Under the pieces are notes generated by a model, which worked only from the letters and a program-made list of their open reading frames with translations, did not search any database and was not told the origin of the DNA. A stretch of DNA of 64,000 nucleotides from Turneriella parva (lineage in GTDB: Bacteria > Spirochaetota > Leptospiria > Turneriellales > Turneriellaceae). The stretch's first letter is position 1. Every line of letters starts with the position of its first letter. The position numbers and the translations under genes were made by a program. Of the stretch, positions 27,823 to 38,047 are shown piece after piece. The DNA is taken from the NCBI GenBank assembly GCA_020719945.1, contig DYPL01000004.1, forward strand, positions 12,927 to 76,926, given 5' to 3'.

Positions 27823-28851
27823 GTGAAGACAAATCCACCGATCGAAGCAGTCCTTGTGCTCAACCTTGGCACACCAGATCAACCAACCACGTCTGCCCTG
27901 CGACTGTATTTAAAGCAGTTTTTAATGGATCCCAAAGTAATCGACGCACCATTTCCCATTCGCTGGATGATTGTAAACCTGTTTGTACTGCCTTTTCGCC
28001 CGGCTCAATCCGCCAAAAAATACAAATCCATCTGGATGAAAGAAGGATCGCCCCTGCGCGTATTTACGCAAAGAATCGTGGATTCTCTTCAAGATAAACT
28101 GCCTGATACAAAAGTTATAATGGGAATGCGCTACGGCAATCCATCTCTTAGAACTGTGGCCCAGGAGTTGAATAAAAATGGAATAGTAAAAGTTACCATA
28201 CTTCCTCTGTATCCCCATTATGCCATGTCTAGCTATGAGACTGCCGTTGAGGAAGCAGTGCGGGAACTTTCACTTGCTAATTTGCAGGCGAAATCCATTT
28301 CACCATGGTACGACAATGCATTGTATATTCAGGCTCTTGCCGCTGCAATGGAGGCGCATAAGCCATCCGAATATGGCTTTATTGTATTTTCTTTTCATGG
28401 AATTCCTGTGAGACATTTGCACAAAACCAATAAAACAGGTGAACCATGCAAAAGAAGCCAGCCAGTCTGCGAAACTCCCTGTGCTGGTCATACAACCTGT
28501 TATTACTACCAGACGCAAAAAACCGCGTCGTTGTTAGCCGAATCTATTGGATTAAGCAAGGATAAATATATTGTATCGTATCAATCCAGACTGGGAAGTG
28601 ATAAATGGCTTACTCCTTCCACTGAAAATGTTTTTCGGGATCTTCCCTCTATGGGTGTTTCTTCTGTTCTTGTGGTAGCTCCGTCCTTTGTAACGGATGG
28701 GCTTGAAACTCTCGAAGAGCTTGAAGTGAAAGGGCGTGAAACCTTTTTAGCCGCCGGTGGACAGACTTTTCAGTATTTGCCGGCCTTAAACGACACGCCG
28801 GCATTTATTGACGTTCTGTTAACGCTCATTTACAAAGCACGAAATAGTTGA
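27823..28851 (+). CDS. hemH: Ferrochelatase
   Basis: 342 aa, GTG start. LVLNLGTPD, LPLYPHYAMSS, FSFHGIP, and VAPSFVTDGLETLEEL. Confidence 0.9.
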   Translation: MKTNPPIEAVLVLNLGTPDQPTTSALRLYLKQFLMDPKVIDAPFPIRWMIVNLFVLPFRPAQSAKKYKSIWMKEGSPLRVFTQRIVDSLQDKLPDTKVIMGMRYGNPSLRTVAQELNKNGIVKVTILPLYPHYAMSSYETAVEEAVRELSLANLQAKSISPWYDNALYIQALAAAMEAHKPSEYGFIVFSFHGIPVRHLHKTNKTGEPCKRSQPVCETPCAGHTTCYYYQTQKTASLLAESIGLSKDKYIVSYQSRLGSDKWLTPSTENVFRDLPSMGVSSVLVVAPSFVTDGLETLEELEVKGRETFLAAGGQTFQYLPALNDTPAFIDVLLTLIYKARNS

Positions 28852-28881
28852 CGATGGATCATTGCAGAGTGAATGTAGAGC

Positions 28882-29358
28882 GTGAAAACCTATAGACTGG
28901 AACAGAAACAATTTCTTGTTACTTCCATCGATAAAGCCTGGGCCTTTTTTTCAACTCCGGAAAATCTCAATATCATGACACCGAATTATCTGCACTTTGA
29001 ATCCATGACGCCAGTACCACAAAAAAGTTATGCAGGTCTAATTATCATCTATAAACTTAAACCATTCTGGAATATTCCCTTTCAATGGGTTACCGAAATT
29101 GCGCACATGCAGGAGCCCCGCTTTTTTGTGGATGAGCAGAGGAGCGGCCCGTATTCGTTTTGGCACCACCAGCATATTTTTGAAGAGGTCCCTGGAGGAA
29201 TAGAAATAACGGACATTGTCCATTACGCCATGCCACGCGTCCCTTTTGCATCCTTAATACACACACTGTTTATTCGTCCCAGACTAAAACATATCTTTTT
29301 GTTTCGATTCAATACACTGGATGAAATTTTTAACGGGAATCCAATCGGGAGGAAATAG
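28882..29358 (+). CDS. SRPBCC-superfamily ligand-binding protein
   Basis: 158 aa. FSTPENLNIMTP...QWVTEI...FVDEQRSGPYSFWHHQHIFE, typical of the COG4276-type SRPBCC family. Confidence 0.6.
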   Translation: MKTYRLEQKQFLVTSIDKAWAFFSTPENLNIMTPNYLHFESMTPVPQKSYAGLIIIYKLKPFWNIPFQWVTEIAHMQEPRFFVDEQRSGPYSFWHHQHIFEEVPGGIEITDIVHYAMPRVPFASLIHTLFIRPRLKHIFLFRFNTLDEIFNGNPIGRK

Positions 29359-29359
29359 T

Positions 29360-30268
29360 ATGGCGGGAGATAAACACAGCGATATAGTTCTGCTAAAAAT
29401 TTTGTCTCTTCTGGAAACAGAATCTTTGTCCACGAGAGAGATCGTCCAGAAGCTCGAAGGCTACGATTATTCAGACAGACAGATAAACAGAGAAATCAAC
29501 ACGCTGGAAGTAATAGGTTTTATTATTTCTATGTCACATAGAAGGCATTCTCTGGAATACGGCAATTTAAAATATCGTGAAAGCTTTCTGCTGCTTCTGC
29601 AAAGACTTTCTCTTGATCTGGCCTCCCTGCGCAATCGATTGTATGGAACTATCGACCCAAGGGCTGCTGCTGGCATGCTTTCAAAAATAAAGAGACCTGC
29701 CCAGTTTTTTGTCGATCTGTTTGCAGCCGCAGAACACAATAGTATCGTCTCTTTTGTTTATGATCCACAAACAGATCAGACTCTTAAATCTGTGCGGATT
29801 CGCCGTTTATTGTCAATGGGACTAAAAAAAGATCGCATTGCTGTAAACCTTATTCTATATAACATTGTATTTTCTTTAGATTATATATTACTCATGGGCA
29901 GGGCCATGCACGGCAGTGCTGCTGGAAAAATCCGCCAGTATCTTCTAAAGGGTGTAAACAATCTAATAATCAAACAACCAGATTCTCCGCTTCCTGCTGA
30001 ATATTACGAAAGAGTGGATCCAAAAGAATTGTACCAGCATTCTCTGCGCACGTGGATTGGAGGAGAGCAGTACAATCTGGAAATAATTGAAATTAGTCCG
30101 GACGGCTCAAGAGAAAAGCTGCTGGCGACCGTTAATGGAGAAGACGAAATTTTGTCGTATCTTGCTTCTTCGCTGGGCAGGCGCAAACTCGTCAATCCGC
30201 CTGATTCCATTGTAGACAGGGCGCGGGAACTGGGCTACCCGGAAATGCTGCTGTTTATAAACGAATAG
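29360..30268 (+). CDS. Putative transcriptional regulator: winged-HTH N-terminus with WYL-like middle and C-terminal extension domains (tentative)
   Basis: The ATG at 29360 is preceded by GGGAGG. wHTH LKILSLLETESLSTREIVQKL...INREINTLEVIGFII. The middle region IVSFVYDPQ...SVRIRRLL...LDYILLMGR...IRQYLL fits the WYL-domain pattern. The C-terminus is EDEILSYLASSLGRRKLVNPPDSIVDRARE. Confidence 0.4.
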   Translation: MAGDKHSDIVLLKILSLLETESLSTREIVQKLEGYDYSDRQINREINTLEVIGFIISMSHRRHSLEYGNLKYRESFLLLLQRLSLDLASLRNRLYGTIDPRAAAGMLSKIKRPAQFFVDLFAAAEHNSIVSFVYDPQTDQTLKSVRIRRLLSMGLKKDRIAVNLILYNIVFSLDYILLMGRAMHGSAAGKIRQYLLKGVNNLIIKQPDSPLPAEYYERVDPKELYQHSLRTWIGGEQYNLEIIEISPDGSREKLLATVNGEDEILSYLASSLGRRKLVNPPDSIVDRARELGYPEMLLFINE

Positions 30269-30374
30269 AAAAAAACACTCGTATGATCCACTTTGGGTTT
30301 TGCATGCTGAAGCACAGCAGCCGCTTTGGCTGAAAAACTTTTTGCAAAAGAAAGTCCTGCCCGGATAGGGCATA

Positions 30375-31352
30375 TTATTTGAAATACTCGCGTGCTCGTT
30401 CCCGCAAGAATTCCGACGCCAGAGGCTTTCCCGAAACACGGGGACGCATTGCCTCTATACCGTGTTCTGTGTGATAGAGCGATCGCTTTCCAAATTCATC
30501 GCCGGCGAATTCTTCGCCCCAGGAATCGTCCTGGCCTTCGCGCATTTCAAAGGCTTCGTCCATTTTTTCCCGTATTTCTGCGAAATCTGCCGGAGTCGCA
30601 GATAAAAAGTGGTCTGGGCCATGGAGATCACGGTTTAAGGTAAAATGCTTTTCAACAACTACCGCGCCTCTTGCGACCGCGAGGGCAGGGGCCGTGGTTC
30701 CCATCGTGTGATCCGAAAATCCCGTGAGTGCCCCGGTGGTCTGTTCAATGCGGCTGATTCTCTGCAGATTTACCTGGGACGCTGCAGTCGGGTATAGGGA
30801 AACGCAATGCAGAAAAAGGGCATCTCGTTTTTCCCATACTCTCAGGAAGGCAGCCGTGCGCGCGACTTCCTCCATGCGTGCCGCTCCCGTAGAAAGTATT
30901 AACGGCTTACCCTTGAGCAGGGCTTTTTCCAGCAGTTGAAAATTCGTTAGATCTCCCGAAGCAATTTTGATGAATGCTGCGTCGAGAGTAGCCAGGGTAT
31001 CAACCCAGTCGATTGTGAGCGGTGTCGAAAAAAAATCGATTCCGAGTCGCTCGGCTTCATTTTTCAGCAGCTCGTGCAGTTCAAGCGACGGCTGCAACGA
31101 TGAAAATATGGCGCTTAATTCATGGGCTGCCGGATTAGTCTGGTCTATGAACCGTGGCGTCGAGAAAGATTGAATTTTGATGGCATCGGCACCGGATTTT
31201 GCGGCGGCCTCTATGGAGTCCTGTGTCAGCGCGATATCATTGTTGTGATTGAGTCCCAGTTCTGCAATTAAATAGGGGCGATGCTTTTGTCCGATTCTAC
31301 GCCCGGATGGTGTAACAAACTCTCGGTGAAAAAAATTTACGGAAAAATTCAT
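30375..31352 (-). CDS. NeuB-family sialic/nonulosonic acid synthase-like protein
   Basis: 325 aa. PYLIAELGLNHNNDI, GADAIKIQSF, FSTP, and SDHT. The C-terminal SAF-like region is short or degenerate. Confidence 0.75.
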   Translation of the reverse strand: MNFSVNFFHREFVTPSGRRIGQKHRPYLIAELGLNHNNDIALTQDSIEAAAKSGADAIKIQSFSTPRFIDQTNPAAHELSAIFSSLQPSLELHELLKNEAERLGIDFFSTPLTIDWVDTLATLDAAFIKIASGDLTNFQLLEKALLKGKPLILSTGAARMEEVARTAAFLRVWEKRDALFLHCVSLYPTAASQVNLQRISRIEQTTGALTGFSDHTMGTTAPALAVARGAVVVEKHFTLNRDLHGPDHFLSATPADFAEIREKMDEAFEMREGQDDSWGEEFAGDEFGKRSLYHTEHGIEAMRPRVSGKPLASEFLRERAREYFK

Positions 31353-31395
31353 GGCTTACTCCTGCTGAACCGGATGGCTGCTGGAACAATATCGG

Positions 31396-32448
31396 TTATC
31401 TGTGGTAAAGGCCTTTGAATAATTTTGCCGGATTTATATTTTGGCCGTTTTTTGTGATTTCAAGATGAAGGTGGGGGCCAAAACTGTAGCCGGTATTTCC
31501 AGACTGGCCAATCACTTTTCCACGCGCCACGGTTTGTCCTTTTTTGACGTATCTTCTCGAAAGGTGGGCGTACAGGCTTTTGTAGCCGCCATCGTGTTGA
31601 ATTACCACGACGTTTCCATAACCTCCAAGCCAGCCAGAGTAGGTTACCAGGCCGAGTTTTACGGAACGCACAGGGACATACGGTGCCTTCAGATCCAGGC
31701 CTTTATGGAATGCATGGCGCGGGCGCGTTCTCCAGCCATAGGGAGAGGTGACAAGGCGACTTGCCACAGGGCGAAGCCACGCTGTCTCCAGATTTTTGGG
31801 TTTTGCGCCGGGTAGAAAAATTTCTACGGAGGCAGCGAGAATATCCGGATTGATAGACGGATTCGCTTTTATAAATTCATTGTATTTAACGTTGTAGCTG
31901 TTGAGGATCTCCGCCAGTCTTTCCCCTTTTTTGACAGTATAAAAAAATCCGTCTTTAGTGGGAATCATGAGCTTTTGCCCCACGTGTATTTCGTCGGGGA
32001 CGGTGAGTTTGGAAGATCCTGCTATGGATTCTGGAGAAACATCAAACTTTTTGGCAATCACGGAGAGCGTATCGCCGGGTTTTACCGTGTAGGGAACTTT
32101 TTCGATGGTTACGACAGCTTTTTCTCTGCCTTTTTTAGTCGGTTTTGCGGGAGCTTCTTCTGCGAGAAGAGCATCCTTTGCGGCTTCGTCTTTATCCGGA
32201 GGAACATCCCCAGTATTGACTTCGGGACTTATGTGTCCTATGCCGCCAATGGGTGCTTCTGGTGTAAGTTCGGATTCGGCCTTGTCCGACTTGGTCATAA
32301 AAAAAAGAATGGGCAGGGAAACGAGAGTGAGCAGGAGACCTGCCGTAACAGTGGCTTTGGGGGGTGTAAACCGACCCGATTTTACCTGTCCTGCTATGCG
32401 CTTAAATTCATTGCCTATGCGATAAAATTGCGGCTCTTGTTTCTTCAT
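31396..32448 (-). CDS. LysM-domain M23 (LytM-type) metallopeptidase
   Basis: 350 aa. TM anchor, two LysM-like segments (YTVKPGDTLSVIAKKF and YTVKKGERLAEILNSY), and M23 motifs HKGLD and GPHLHLEI. Confidence 0.85.
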   Translation of the reverse strand: MKKQEPQFYRIGNEFKRIAGQVKSGRFTPPKATVTAGLLLTLVSLPILFFMTKSDKAESELTPEAPIGGIGHISPEVNTGDVPPDKDEAAKDALLAEEAPAKPTKKGREKAVVTIEKVPYTVKPGDTLSVIAKKFDVSPESIAGSSKLTVPDEIHVGQKLMIPTKDGFFYTVKKGERLAEILNSYNVKYNEFIKANPSINPDILAASVEIFLPGAKPKNLETAWLRPVASRLVTSPYGWRTRPRHAFHKGLDLKAPYVPVRSVKLGLVTYSGWLGGYGNVVVIQHDGGYKSLYAHLSRRYVKKGQTVARGKVIGQSGNTGYSFGPHLHLEITKNGQNINPAKLFKGLYHR

Positions 32449-32496
32449 ATCACTCCCTGGTTATTCCTTTGCAAGAGTATCGACCAGAGAGTGAAA

Positions 32497-32904
32497 TCAG
32501 GTGATTCCTTTTTTATCAAGTTCTTTATCTGCACCAAAAGATTCTTCGACGATTTTCTTGACGTCTTTCTTTTGACCACCGGTAATGTTGACAGTGCCGC
32601 TGAGCACCACGCCTTCTGCAAGGTGCAGATTTGGGGCGTTGATATCTCCGAGCATTCTACCCGTTCCCGTGATTTTGACGTCTTCCCTCGCGTTGATATC
32701 TCCGATGAGAGTGCCAGAGAGAATTACTTCTCTTGCTGCAATATTGGTTTTTACCTTGCCTGTTTCGCCTACTACGAGGGCTTCTTCTGTGCGGATTTCT
32801 CCTTCAAATTTGCCATCGATTTTGAGGCTTCCGGCAATATAAAATTTACCTTCAAATATGGAACCTTCACCGATTACGGAGTTTGCATTTTCTATTCGTG
32901 CCAT
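32497..32904 (-). CDS. Bactofilin (polymer-forming cytoskeletal protein)
   Basis: 135 aa. Repetitive beta-helix pattern GSIFEGKFYIAGSLKIDGKFEGEIRTEEALVVGETGKVKTNI... Confidence 0.85.
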   Translation of the reverse strand: MARIENANSVIGEGSIFEGKFYIAGSLKIDGKFEGEIRTEEALVVGETGKVKTNIAAREVILSGTLIGDINAREDVKITGTGRMLGDINAPNLHLAEGVVLSGTVNITGGQKKDVKKIVEESFGADKELDKKGIT

Positions 32905-33082
32905 GGACGTACCTTATCCCTCTTTTAATTATCGACGGTGCGTGACAAGCATTTTTGGAGCTGCTCCAAAAAGTTTACCGAAAGGATTACCCAATGGTAA
33001 CGGGGGTCAGCCACATGTCGTGCAGGTTGCATTTTACAACCACGTAATGCATTCCATAATGTCCAGCTGGATTGGCCCCCCG

Positions 33083-33166
33083 CCCCGTGTTTTGCGCTCT
33101 GCCTGTGCCCGTAGAGTAAACGCATAGCGAGCCGCAGGCAAAAAGTCCACGGAGGAACTTTTTCAG
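33083..33166 (-). repeat. Interspersed intergenic repeat R1, copy B
   Basis: The reverse complement matches copy C (54063-54147) at about 77 of 85 positions by hand alignment. It lies between the secG stop and the bactofilin start. Confidence 0.85.
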
Positions 33167-33174
33167 GGGTTCCC

Positions 33175-33564
33175 TTATTCTGTTTGGGCCGGAGCAGAAG
33201 AGGCAGGGGCCATGGCTGGTTCTGTTGTTTCTACAGGAACGACTACAGAAGCTTCGGAAGAAGAAGACGAAGAGGCGGGAGCTGTTTCCGTAACCGGTGC
33301 AGCGAGCTCTTTCTGGATGGCATCCGTGTTGGATTTGTTGGACTTGATCCAGGCAACCGCGAGTGCCAGGGCGAGGAAGGCCGCCACAAAATAGGCTGTC
33401 ATTTTTGTGATGACATCCATAGAGCTGCTTCCAAAGGCAGAATTGCTTCCGCCGCCAAACAGGCCTGAGCTGCCCTGTCTGTTGTTTTGGAGCATAATGA
33501 GAAGCAGAAGAATGAGGGATACAACGACAAAGAGGATGATTAATATAGTGCTTAGAATGGCCAT
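33175..33564 (-). CDS. secG: Preprotein translocase subunit SecG with a low-complexity C-terminal tail
   Basis: MAILSTILIILFVVVSLILLLLIMLQNNRQGSSGLFGGG...; a second TM segment; the tail is rich in S/A/P/E/T. Confidence 0.85.
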   Translation of the reverse strand: MAILSTILIILFVVVSLILLLLIMLQNNRQGSSGLFGGGSNSAFGSSSMDVITKMTAYFVAAFLALALAVAWIKSNKSNTDAIQKELAAPVTETAPASSSSSSEASVVVPVETTEPAMAPASSAPAQTE

Positions 33565-33690
33565 TTGTCCAAATTTAGACTTCGCGACTGCTTGTCAACG
33601 ATTATGCATGGGTTTTGTGATCTTATAAACCCCACGGAGATACTATATTAAGAGATTCCCTGAAAGTTTTCATGATGGCGATCGTTTCCC

Positions 33691-35184
33691 CTATGGATCC
33701 AGTTTTTGTTCTATGATGATCAGTGTAATATCATCAGCAAAAGAGGTGGACATGCTGTGCTCGCTGAGGGCCTGAAAAATCATGGCTTTTGCGGTGGCTG
33801 TATCCATGGAGGCGGTGGCACGCAGAACAAAGTCAAATTTTTTCTCAAATGGTGTGCCGGCTGCGTCTTCTTGCTCCAGAATACCATCTGTGAACAAAAA
33901 GAAGCGCATCTGTTTCGATAAGGTTTTCTGTGTGGTATTATAGCGCGTGGAAGCATCATACCCAAGCAGTCTTCCATGCGGGCGAAGTTTCTCTATTTCC
34001 CCCGTTTCCTTGTCCAGTATGATGAGCGGTACATGGCCTGCGTTCGTGTATAAGAATATTTTCTCTTCCGCGTTCAGATATAGGGCTGCTGCCGTAATGA
34101 AATAATTGTTGTTGTTGCCCGTTATCTCCGTATTGATGCGCCGCATAAAAATATCAGGTTTGTTGAGAGTGCGCCCGTATCTGGAAAACGACATTTTCAG
34201 CATGGAGACGACCAAAGCCGCCGGAATTCCGTGACCGCTTACGTCGGCAATAAACAAAGCGAGGCTGGAGGGCGATGGTGGCAGCAGATCGTAATAATCG
34301 CCTCCTATTTCTGCCACTGGTTTATAGAGAACTTCTACAGTGAATGCAGTATTAATCGGCAGTTGTTCCGGCAACAGAGAATGCTGTATGGCAGAGGCCA
34401 GATTCAGTTCGTCTTCTACGTATTTTAACTGCTCCCGTATTTTTTCGCGGCTTTCCCGAATTTCAGAAAACTGGTTGGAGATGGTAAGGCCCTGTGCATA
34501 CAGTCGGAACTGCTGTCTAAATATAAAAATAGAAGCGAGGATAGCCGTAAGACTTACTCCCAGCGAAACTTGAAAATGGCTGGCTGACACAACCGGATTG
34601 CTCTGAAAAGCTGGTAGCAAAAAATTGAGCACAGCAAATGCGGCTGCGATTACCGCAATGGAGTACCGGGGCCGCATGGGAATCAGTGCTGCCGTTCCAA
34701 ATACGGTCATGATAAAGGCGGAAACCTGACCGTGTATCTCCTGTGCAATCAGGGAAATAAACACCCCCCAGGCTATAGTAAACAGGGTAATGGCTCCACT
34801 GAGAAAGCGATCCCAGAAAAGAGATTTTTTTTCTCCGAGAAATAACATGGGAAAGGTGAGCAGGGAATAGCCGATTGCTACGGCAATATGCGCGTTAAGA
34901 AGTTCTCTGGTTCCGGGAGGTGAAATGGGGATCGAATGCAGATTGCGAATATCCCAGGCGATAAGTGCAAGGTGCAGTGCAGCCAAAAAAATAGATAATG
35001 CCGTTACGAGATTCCGATTTTGCCGGTACAGGTTAGACAAAAATTCTTCCTTATGTTCCCAGTAATTTTCGAGAACGAAGAGGTTTTGGATGATCGAAAG
35101 CAGTTTGTACACCGGGAAAAATAGTCTGATTGTGGAAACCTGTCGTAAAGTTAAAAAAAGTTGTCGCCTTAAATACTGTTTCAT
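33691..35184 (-). CDS. Membrane-bound PP2C-family (SpoIIE-type) serine phosphatase
   Basis: Multi-TM N-terminal sensor region. PP2C motifs EIGGDYYDL, ADVSGHG, and FLFTDGI. The start is placed at MKQYL (35184) because the longer ORF would cover the groES promoter and CIRCE. Confidence 0.8.
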   Translation of the reverse strand: MKQYLRRQLFLTLRQVSTIRLFFPVYKLLSIIQNLFVLENYWEHKEEFLSNLYRQNRNLVTALSIFLAALHLALIAWDIRNLHSIPISPPGTRELLNAHIAVAIGYSLLTFPMLFLGEKKSLFWDRFLSGAITLFTIAWGVFISLIAQEIHGQVSAFIMTVFGTAALIPMRPRYSIAVIAAAFAVLNFLLPAFQSNPVVSASHFQVSLGVSLTAILASIFIFRQQFRLYAQGLTISNQFSEIRESREKIREQLKYVEDELNLASAIQHSLLPEQLPINTAFTVEVLYKPVAEIGGDYYDLLPPSPSSLALFIADVSGHGIPAALVVSMLKMSFSRYGRTLNKPDIFMRRINTEITGNNNNYFITAAALYLNAEEKIFLYTNAGHVPLIILDKETGEIEKLRPHGRLLGYDASTRYNTTQKTLSKQMRFFLFTDGILEQEDAAGTPFEKKFDFVLRATASMDTATAKAMIFQALSEHSMSTSFADDITLIIIEQKLDP

Positions 35185-35189
35185 ATATT
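35161..35189 (+). promoter_or_regulatory. Putative sigma-70-type groES promoter
   Basis: TTGTCG, 17-nt spacer, TATATT. The -10 element abuts or overlaps the CIRCE left arm. Confidence 0.45.
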
Positions 35190-35214
35190 GGCACTCAAGG
35201 ACAGAGAGTGCTAT
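35188..35214 (+). promoter_or_regulatory. CIRCE operator (HrcA binding site) upstream of groES
   Basis: TTGGCACTC-N9-GAGTGCTAT against the consensus TTAGCACTC-N9-GAGTGCTAA. It lies 62 nt upstream of the groES start. Confidence 0.85.
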
Positions 35215-35275
35215 CATGTAAAAAAAATGATAGTTCTCTGCCATATTTCAACATCAGAATTTTAGGAGGAACACC

Positions 35276-35563
35276 GTGGCAATTAAACCATTGGCAGACC
35301 GGGTTCTCATTGAACCCATCACAGAAAAAGAAGAAAAAATCGGGAGCATTTTTATTCCCGATACAGCAAAAGAAAAACCAAACGAAGGTACAGTTGTAGC
35401 AGTTGGAACTGGCCGCGTCAGTGACGATGGCAAAGTGGTCCCGCTCACTGTAGTAGAGGGGCAAGCTGTCCTGTATGGAAAATACTCCGGAACGGAGATC
35501 AAGCAGAATGGAAAAAATTATCTCATTATCCGCGAGAGCGATATTCTCGCCATAATTGAGTAA
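35276..35563 (+). CDS. groES: Co-chaperonin GroES
   Basis: 95 aa, GTG start. [12 protein letters not shown]...[10 protein letters not shown]...YGKYSGTEI. Confidence 0.97.
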   Translation: MAIKPLADRVLIEPITEKEEKIGSIFIPDTAKEKPNEGTVVAVGTGRVSDDGKVVPLTVVEGQAVLYGKYSGTEIKQNGKNYLIIRESDILAIIE

Positions 35564-35601
35564 GCGTTTTCCATTGCAAGACAACCATTATACACTATTA
35601 A

Positions 35602-37242
<1,641 letters not shown>

Positions 37243-37260
37243 ACATTCCTTGATCAGGAT

Positions 37261-37296
37261 CGACAAAAAAGCCGCCTTTGGGCGGCTTTTTTGTCG
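37261..37296 (+). terminator. Rho-independent terminator after groEL
   Basis: CGACAAAAAAGCCGCC-TTTG-GGCGGCTTTTTTGTCG, a perfect palindrome with a T6 run. Confidence 0.85.
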
Positions 37297-37340
37297 ATTT
37301 ATTCGCCGCTATCTCATTGTTGTGATAGATTCAGTGCACT

Positions 37341-38018
37341 ATGAACAAAAATATATTAAAGGTTCTTTTTACCCTGTTGATTACATTTGCCGCAACATTT
37401 TCTATTCTTGCGAGAAACGATGATGTCGGTGCAGTTACATTTGTAATAGGAAAGGCAGATGTCGTTCGCGATGGCAAAAAAATGCCTGCAAAACCCGGCT
37501 TAAAGCTACAGAACACGGATATTCTAGAAACTGCTTCTAAATCCACCATGCTCGTGGAATTAAGGGGTGGAAGTAGATTAAAGCTTAAGAATGAAACGCG
37601 AATGGTATTGAGCTCTGTAACCGGTAAAGAGGATGCGAAACTCAAGTTAGAGAAAGGATCTGTTTTTGCCAGCGTAATCAAGCGAAATGGCACAGAAGGA
37701 TTTACCATTATCAGTCCCACCGCAACGGCAGGCGTTCGTGGAACAGAATTCTTTTTTGCATACGGAAAAAAGGACGACCTCTGGCTTTGTGTCAATGAGG
37801 GAACTGTCGCTGTTACCGGTGTAGCCGAAAAACAGGAAAAACTGGTTCTGGCGGGTCAGGGAGTTTTTATTGAAGGGAAAGGCAAGGTAAGCGATCCTGC
37901 GGCTCTCGCATGGACAAAGCAGCTTAACTGGAACATGGATCCCCAGAGCGGTCAACTGGAAGATAAAACAGACATCAACTCTGCTTACGAGGATTTGCGC
38001 AAACACAATTACGATTGA
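37341..38018 (+). CDS. Secreted FecR-domain protein
   Basis: 225 aa. Signal peptide, then VTFVIGKADVVRDGKKMPAKPGLKLQNTDILETASKSTMLVELRGGSRLKLKNETRMVL, typical of the FecR fold. Confidence 0.7.
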   Translation: MNKNILKVLFTLLITFAATFSILARNDDVGAVTFVIGKADVVRDGKKMPAKPGLKLQNTDILETASKSTMLVELRGGSRLKLKNETRMVLSSVTGKEDAKLKLEKGSVFASVIKRNGTEGFTIISPTATAGVRGTEFFFAYGKKDDLWLCVNEGTVAVTGVAEKQEKLVLAGQGVFIEGKGKVSDPAALAWTKQLNWNMDPQSGQLEDKTDINSAYEDLRKHNYD

Positions 38019-38047
38019 TCTTTCGTGTTCACTTTGGATAACAGTGT

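Noticed and set aside
31975-32928. 317-aa plus-strand ORF spanning the M23 peptidase and bactofilin genes
   Set aside because: It is antisense to two well-supported genes and crosses their intergenic spacer. Phe/Cys/Gly-rich nonsense composition.
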